This document shows positions 27,075-32,000 of a DNA stretch of 32,000 bases, piece after piece. Position 1 is the first letter of the stretch, and the number at the start of each line of letters is the position of its first letter. Source of the stretch: Sulfolobus acidocaldarius DSM 639 (GTDB lineage: Archaea > Thermoproteota > Thermoprotei_A > Sulfolobales > Sulfolobaceae); contig NC_007181.1 of the NCBI RefSeq assembly GCF_000012285.1, positions 300,001-332,000 of the forward strand, read 5' to 3'. The position numbers and the translations under genes were made by a program. Below the pieces are notes generated by a model that searched no databases, had not been told where the DNA came from, and saw only the letters and a program-made list of their open reading frames with translations.

Positions 27075-27767
27075 ATGCAAGTATTGGCTGAGATACATGG
27101 AAAGACAAAGAAGGAGAAACTACTGAAGACACTAATGAAGTTAGAGGAGTATGACGGATTTAACATACCCGACTCTCCATTAGGATATCCGTCAGTGATG
27201 CCTTCAGTAATTGCCACAGTCGTGAGGAACTTATATGGAAATAACAAGAGAGTAATTATAAATCAAAGACTAGCTGACGTAAATGAACTATTTATTGCTT
27301 CACTATCCTTAACCTCAAAGCTTGTAGAGTTTGATGTAACTTTCACCTTTGGAGACAAACCTAAAGTCGGCAGAGAGGTAGGTTATATGACAAGTGAGGA
27401 CGCAATCGCTCTCCTCAAGAAATATAGCCCTCTCACTAAAGCAGGAATGATAATAAGTCTAAGGAAAAGTAAAGAAGAGATAGATAAAAGACTGAAAAAT
27501 AATGACGCTGATTTCTATTTAGTATTAAGACTTGAGGATCCGAACCAAATAGCTAGAATTGATACGTCAAAACTAATACCATACATTATTGTTGAAACAG
27601 AGAGTAATAAACAAGTTACTGCACAATTGGAGCAACCTACATTTAATGTAGAGAGAGCAATAGAGTTAATATCAGTTCTAGGAAAGCTAGGTGTCCAAGC
27701 AGTGTTAATATCGACCTTGGGAGACGTTGATGGACTAGTGAGAGTAATTAAACGCATCAGGACATAG
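27075..27767 (+). CDS. Hypothetical protein, distantly methylenetetrahydrofolate-reductase-like (TIM barrel)
   Basis: 230 aa. The order of 'EIHGKTKKE...YDGFNIPDSPLGYPS' and 'INQRLADVNE...DVTFTFGDKP' parallels MetF elements ('EFFPP...vsvT', 'HLTC...alrGD.P'). This is similarity judged by eye only. Confidence 0.45.
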   Translation: MQVLAEIHGKTKKEKLLKTLMKLEEYDGFNIPDSPLGYPSVMPSVIATVVRNLYGNNKRVIINQRLADVNELFIASLSLTSKLVEFDVTFTFGDKPKVGREVGYMTSEDAIALLKKYSPLTKAGMIISLRKSKEEIDKRLKNNDADFYLVLRLEDPNQIARIDTSKLIPYIIVETESNKQVTAQLEQPTFNVERAIELISVLGKLGVQAVLISTLGDVDGLVRVIKRIRT

Positions 27768-28412
27768 CTGAATATCCTTAATGTACCATATCTTATTGTC
27801 TATAAGTTTAAGTAACTTTATTGTAACTTCAACTCCTTCTTCGACTGCGTTCTTGAATGCCATTGAAAATTTCTTGTCAGTCTTCCAATTCGGAGAAAAA
27901 CAGATAGCGTCGTCTCTCATGACCAGGATCAAGATCAACGATCTATAACCTTGCATTTTTAGCTTTATCAGTTCTTCTAAATGCCTTTTACCTCTCTCAG
28001 TAGGCGCATCAGGAAATAGTGCTTTACCGTCAACCACTAAACTACAGCCCTTCACCTCAACAAATGTGTTATCGTAATAGAAATCTAACCTTGAGTTATT
28101 CACCTTGACCTCTGATTTGACGTCAGAGGGAAGAAAATTTCTCGCTATTTTATTATGAATGGAACTATCTGTTACAACCCATCCTGTACCAGAGTGGGCA
28201 GCTAGAACCATATAGTTAGTTTTCCTTCCTTTATGCTCTCTTATCAAAATCCTATTGCCTGGGTATATCAATTCCTTGAGTCTTCCTGGGTCGTGTAAGT
28301 GGCACAATTTTCCGGACTGCGTTATAACAACAAATCTATTTATCCGTTCTTTAACAATATCTTCAAATAATGGAGTGTCGAAATCATAAACAACAAATGA
28401 TGAAGTGGTCAT
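27735..28412 (-). CDS. sfsA: SfsA-family protein (OB fold plus PD-(D/E)xK nuclease-like domain)
   Basis: 'VKERINRFVV...CHLHDPGRLKELIYPG' and 'FPDAPTERGKRHLEELI' match the hallmark SfsA motifs (E. coli 'FPDAVTERGQKHLREL'). I prefer ATG 28412, 7 nt after the Sir2 stop. The tracked ORF extends to 28478, inside Sir2. Confidence 0.8.
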   Translation of the reverse strand: MTTSSFVVYDFDTPLFEDIVKERINRFVVITQSGKLCHLHDPGRLKELIYPGNRILIREHKGRKTNYMVLAAHSGTGWVVTDSSIHNKIARNFLPSDVKSEVKVNNSRLDFYYDNTFVEVKGCSLVVDGKALFPDAPTERGKRHLEELIKLKMQGYRSLILILVMRDDAICFSPNWKTDKKFSMAFKNAVEEGVEVTIKLLKLIDNKIWYIKDIQLCPDAFNYSH

Positions 28413-28444
28413 ATCTGATCTATGAGGAGCGGTGTAGGGACTGA
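28397..28444 (+). ncRNA. C/D box sRNA candidate, antisense across the Sir2-stop / sfsA-start junction
   Basis: ATGATGA (C, 28397-28403), agtggtcatat (11 nt), CTGA (D', 28415-28418), tct, ATGAGGA (C', 28422-28428), gcggtgtaggga (12 nt), CTGA (D, 28441-28444); 48 nt in total. Confidence 0.6.
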
Positions 28445-29178
28445 ATGTGAGATATAACTTCAGGAAGAAATATCTCAATCCGTTCTCTTATTACTAAATC
28501 TGCATACTCGTCATATGGAGTCTCCTCTCCGTTTAGAATTATTAGCCCCCCTCCGTTTCTTTTCACTATTAGGGGTATCTGGTTTGCGGGGTAAACCGTC
28601 AGTGAACTGCCTATCGCGAGCACTAGATCAGATTCGTTAGCTATTCTCATGGCTTCATATATGCCATGTACTGGCTCGCCAAATAGCACGACATCTGGCT
28701 TCAATATTCCACCACACTCACATCTAGGGATAACTTCGCCTTTTTCCACTCGTGCTAACACTTCTAGACTATCGTAGGATCTGAGACATGAGGTGCAGTA
28801 ACTTTTCCTCATATTTCCATGAAGTTCGATTACATTCCTAGATCCAGCCACACTATGTAGACCATCTACATTTTGAGTTATCACAGCTTTAATGAGACCC
28901 ATCTTCTCAAGTTGAGCTAGTGCATAATGGGCTCGATTTGGCTTAGCTTCAAATAAGGACTTCATTCTTGTGGAGTAAAACTGCCAAAAGGCATCAGGAT
29001 ATTTTTGGAAATATTCAATGCTTGCCAATTCAGGAGAATATTTCTTCCATAAACCCTGCGGACCTCTAAAATCCGGTATGCCTGAAGCCGTACTTATACC
29101 TGCTCCTGTGAAAGCTATAGCATTGACCGAAGAGAGAATCATCTCAGCAACTTTTTTTGCTTCTTCCACTAGATACAT
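28420..29178 (-). CDS. cobB: NAD-dependent protein deacetylase Sir2 (sirtuin)
   Basis: 'FTGAGISTASGIPDFRGPQGLW', 'ITQNVDGLH' and the zinc ribbon 'CTSC...CECGG' are present. I prefer ATG 29178 ('MYLVEEAKK', 252 aa), which has the TATA-like 'atttttaaa' ~20 nt upstream. The tracked ORF runs on to a TTG at 29241. Confidence 0.88.
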   Translation of the reverse strand: MYLVEEAKKVAEMILSSVNAIAFTGAGISTASGIPDFRGPQGLWKKYSPELASIEYFQKYPDAFWQFYSTRMKSLFEAKPNRAHYALAQLEKMGLIKAVITQNVDGLHSVAGSRNVIELHGNMRKSYCTSCLRSYDSLEVLARVEKGEVIPRCECGGILKPDVVLFGEPVHGIYEAMRIANESDLVLAIGSSLTVYPANQIPLIVKRNGGGLIILNGEETPYDEYADLVIRERIEIFLPEVISHIQSLHRSS

Positions 29179-29198
29179 TAATCCAGAGTAGTTTAAAA

Positions 29199-29246
29199 AT
29201 GATGAGTTTACCGAGTACGGAAGCATGAAGAACCCCTTCAATCTGA
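29199..29246 (+). ncRNA. C/D box sRNA candidate, immediately upstream of and antisense to the Sir2 promoter
   Basis: ATGATGA (C, 29199-29205), gtttaccgagta (12 nt), CGGA (D', 29218-29221), agc, ATGAAGA (C', 29225-29231), accccttcaat (11 nt), CTGA (D, 29243-29246); 48 nt in total. Confidence 0.55.
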
Positions 29247-29596
29247 TTGAAAGATTTAGCAGTAGTCATTAATATAGATAAAATAGCATATATTCAAAAT
29301 AAAATTTACAATGCTAAAATAATAAAACCATTATAAACCGGTATAATTCTACATTATGACCACTTTAAATCTATTTTTTAACAACAAATAGTTTAAATTA
29401 ATTGAACTAACGCCTAGTATTTACCATAATTCATCTTGACATAAATATCTAAAAGCTAGGATAAGGTATAGTTATGGTTTATTTGAAATATCAAATTAAA
29501 TTTTTTGATTCACAATAAGCTTGTTTAAACCTTTTTTAGTAGTTTTCTTATTTTATGCCTATTAATGAGTATATTACACAGTAGTAATTGAGCATT

Positions 29597-29791
29597 ATGC
29601 CAAAAAATGGGTTTTATATAGCCATGTTTATAGTAACAATAATAGATATAATTCTATTTTCGATATATCCAGTGTTCAATAATGCAACAATGACCTTTGC
29701 AGGGCTTACAATGTTCTATTTCTATCAAATCATAATGCTTATAGTGAGTACTGTTCTCTTCGTAGCTGTTTCTTTAATATTTAAGAGGTGA
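29597..29791 (+). CDS. Small 2-TM membrane protein (DUF3311-like accessory subunit of SSS transporters)
   Basis: 64 aa from ATG 29597 (the tracked ORF starts at TTG 29588), with two hydrophobic helices. Its stop overlaps the GTG of the symporter gene ('gGTGAaa'). Confidence 0.6.
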   Translation: MPKNGFYIAMFIVTIIDIILFSIYPVFNNATMTFAGLTMFYFYQIIMLIVSTVLFVAVSLIFKR

Positions 29792-31356
29792 AAAAAGTGT
29801 CAGGAATAAATGTTGATTATACAACTTTAGGAGTTTTCATAGGACTTTTTGTAGTATTTGCAATATTAGGATTTTATGGAGCTTACTGGAGAAAAGGAGA
29901 CCTCTCAAAGCTCGATGAATGGGGTTTGGGAGGCAGAAGATTAGGTTGGCTATTAGTATGGTTCCTAATGGGAGCAGATCTGTATACTGCATACACTTTC
30001 ATTGCGATACCCTCAGGTGTCTACGCAAGCGGAAGCTTATTCTTCTACGCTGTACCATACGTAGCATGGACATTTGGAATTGCCTTATTGACAATGCCAA
30101 GACTTTGGAGTATATCGAGAAGGAGAGGATACATAACTGCAGCTGATTTCGTTAAAGATAGATTTAATAACAGACCATTATCAGTGGCAGTTGCCTTAAC
30201 TGGAGCAGTGGCAGAATTACCATATATTGCATTACAGATATTTGGAATGCAGGCTGTCCTTACAGTCCTACTAATCGGACTAGGTGTAACAGGAACCTAT
30301 GGGGGACTATCGGTAAGCGAATGGGCACTAATTATAGCTTTCATAGTATTGGCTGCATTTACCATAACCAGTGGTCTAAGAGGAGCAGCACTTACAGCCG
30401 TGTTTAAGGATATTCTTATCTGGATCACAGTATTAACTGTTATTATAGCAGTACCGTTAGCTTATGGTGGGTTCTCCCACGCATTTTCTGCAATAGAGGC
30501 AATAAAAGGAAAAGGAGCTGCAGCATATGAATTTCTCAGTCCAAGCGCCATAACAAACTATTTTACGTTAGCTCTAGGGAGTGCGATGGCTCTATATCTT
30601 TACCCACATTCTATAAACGGTTCATTGTCAGCACAAGATACAGATAAGCTAAAGAAGAGTACATCATTACTTCCATTATATGGAGTAGGATTAGCGCTAT
30701 TAGCGTTATTCGGAATATTGATTTATGCTGTCCCATCAGCTCTGAGCATAGTTGTTTCAAACAAAAACGGCGCTTTAACTGTTCCAAGTTTAATAGCTGC
30801 AACAATGCCTAGTTGGTTCGTAGGTTTAGGCTTAGTGGCAATATTCGTAGGAGGATTAGTGCCAGCGGCAATAATGGCAATAGGAGCCTCAAATCTATTG
30901 ACAAGAAATGTGATAGGAGAGTTCAAAAAACTATCACCAAGGACTGAGTCGAACTTAGCTAAGATAATATCCACTGTATTTAAATTCGCAGCCTTAGCGT
31001 TCATCTTCATTGTACAGGCTACATATGCTGTGCAGCTTCAATTATTGGGAGGAATCTTAATACTTCAAACTCTTCCTGCAGTATTCTTAGGACTTTACAC
31101 TAACAAGCTAGAGGGATATTCTACTTTCGCAGGTTGGATTGCAGGTATAGCTTCAGGTGTTTACATGGTACTTTACACTAATAACTTCGGAACTTTATTA
31201 AAGTCGTATTTAGCTACTCCTTATGGTCCAATTTACATTGGAGTCTTATCGCTGGCAATAAACATACTTGTGACAGTTATTGGAACTTTAATAGCCTATG
31301 GAGTAGGCTGGAGGCCATCTCAGAAAATTAAGGCAGAAGAATTTGAAGTAGTATAA
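29788..31356 (+). CDS. Sodium:solute symporter (SSS) family transporter
   Basis: 522 aa with about 13 TM helices. '[27 protein letters not shown]' is typical of the SSS N-terminal region. Pairing with a DUF3311-type small ORF is a known arrangement. Confidence 0.85.
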   Translation: MKKVSGINVDYTTLGVFIGLFVVFAILGFYGAYWRKGDLSKLDEWGLGGRRLGWLLVWFLMGADLYTAYTFIAIPSGVYASGSLFFYAVPYVAWTFGIALLTMPRLWSISRRRGYITAADFVKDRFNNRPLSVAVALTGAVAELPYIALQIFGMQAVLTVLLIGLGVTGTYGGLSVSEWALIIAFIVLAAFTITSGLRGAALTAVFKDILIWITVLTVIIAVPLAYGGFSHAFSAIEAIKGKGAAAYEFLSPSAITNYFTLALGSAMALYLYPHSINGSLSAQDTDKLKKSTSLLPLYGVGLALLALFGILIYAVPSALSIVVSNKNGALTVPSLIAATMPSWFVGLGLVAIFVGGLVPAAIMAIGASNLLTRNVIGEFKKLSPRTESNLAKIISTVFKFAALAFIFIVQATYAVQLQLLGGILILQTLPAVFLGLYTNKLEGYSTFAGWIAGIASGVYMVLYTNNFGTLLKSYLATPYGPIYIGVLSLAINILVTVIGTLIAYGVGWRPSQKIKAEEFEVV

Positions 31357-31630
31357 AGAATTATATAATCAGAATTTTTCTAAGTTATTTCTCTTTTTTC
31401 CTGTACCAATTTCAACATAAATACTATTTATATCCTGAAAGGAAAAACTCATAATAGACAAATGACTATGGAATACCATGGCAAAGACTAATAAAGCTTA
31501 AGACAAAAGTAGTAATATGAGGTGTGATAGAATGATTAGAGATATAGATTTAGACTATTACCTTACCCTAGTTGCTCTAGGATTCTATTAAGATTCTTAA
31601 TTTATTAGATAGAGTGCCTATTAGTTTAGA

Positions 31631-31996
31631 GTGGAATACCCATATTTTGACTTAAAGACTGCAAGAGAATTGTTACCATGGTTAAGAGAAAAGCTAAAGG
31701 AGATAAAGAGAGTGAAGAGATTAGTTGAGGAGAGTTTAGTTAGGGGCGATAAAAGCTCAATATTCAAGTACACTGTTCAAGTAGACATGATTGTAAGGGA
31801 AATCACAGAAAAAGGGATTGTTCTGAGGGATCCTGATATAGGACTAGTTGATTTTCCTGCCCTAATAAACAACAAACCAGCATATCTGTGTTGGAAACTT
31901 GATGAAGAAGATATTTTATACTGGCATTACGCTGAAGAAGGATTCAGAGGAAGAAAAAGAATATCTGGTACTGAGGACATTCTTAGTCTGACTTAG
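31631..31996 (+). CDS. DUF2203-like small cytoplasmic protein
   Basis: 121 aa with a GTG start. 'YFDLKTARELLPWLREKLKEI' and the C-terminal 'DFPALINNKPAYLCWKLDEEDILYWHYAEEGFRGRK' resemble the DUF2203 pattern as I recall it. A TATA-like 'tttatta' lies ~25 nt upstream. Confidence 0.55.
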   Translation: MEYPYFDLKTARELLPWLREKLKEIKRVKRLVEESLVRGDKSSIFKYTVQVDMIVREITEKGIVLRDPDIGLVDFPALINNKPAYLCWKLDEEDILYWHYAEEGFRGRKRISGTEDILSLT

Positions 31997-32000
31997 ACTT

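Noticed and set aside
28420-29178. Sir2 as a component of an anti-phage SIR2-type defence system.
   Set aside because: The protein is a compact canonical sirtuin with a Cys4 zinc ribbon and catalytic motifs. It has no fused TIR, STING, HerA or Argonaute partner or neighbour, and the context is housekeeping.
29179-29241. An N-terminal extension of the Sir2 ORF to a TTG start (MKGFFMLPYSVNSSFLNYSGL...).
   Set aside because: Sirtuin homologues start ~22-25 residues before the GAGIS motif. A TATA-like box sits ~20 nt upstream of ATG 29178, inside the extension. The extension also coincides with a C/D box sRNA candidate on the other strand.
29247-29596. The AT-rich region as a replication origin.
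   Set aside because: No ORB or mini-ORB-like inverted repeats are visible, and there is no adjacent cdc6/orc1 or whiP gene.
1-32000. A search for CRISPR repeats, IS terminal inverted repeats, integrase/att sites, tRNA or rRNA genes, and toxin-antitoxin pairs.
   Set aside because: I saw no regularly spaced direct repeats, no transposase- or integrase-like ORF, and no GC-rich tRNA-like segment. The only GC-rich short patches are the sRNA guides.

Overview
This is a gene-dense, AT-rich archaeal chromosomal segment. The 65-aa ORF at 5965-6162 matches, from memory, the Sulfolobus acidocaldarius chromatin protein Sac7e, so the window is very probably S. acidocaldarius or a close Sulfolobales relative. 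I call about 30 protein genes. They include LeuRS, an M1 aminopeptidase, an M20 peptidase, a radical-SAM/SPASM enzyme, a TtuA/NcsA-type tRNA thiolase and a Sir2 deacetylase co-transcribed with SfsA. They also include a hydantoinase/oxoprolinase A/B pair with a split CoA-transferase, an amidase, an orphan molybdopterin oxidoreductase and three transporters (CPA2 antiporter, MFS, SSS with a DUF3311 subunit). At the left end sits an accessory-looking cluster: a tandem-Lrp regulator, three DUF1059 domains, a 4-TM protein, an extracytoplasmic CPYC thioredoxin-fold protein (DUF929-like) and a Thr-rich secreted protein. I see no rRNA, tRNA, CRISPR array, IS element or integrase. The main thing the ORF track does not explain is four + strand loci (8048-8096, 25557-25606, 28397-28444, 29199-29246) with the full C / D' / C' / D box architecture and 11-12 nt guide spacing of archaeal C/D box sRNAs. 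Two of them bracket the Sir2 gene on the opposite strand. The best candidates for undescribed biology are the M20-peptidase/radical-SAM-SPASM operon with no visible substrate, the DUF1059/Lrp plus envelope thiol/metal cluster, and the HyuAB locus with convergently split CoA-transferase subunits and an unknown 320-aa protein. All family assignments come from motif recognition by eye; no database search was run.
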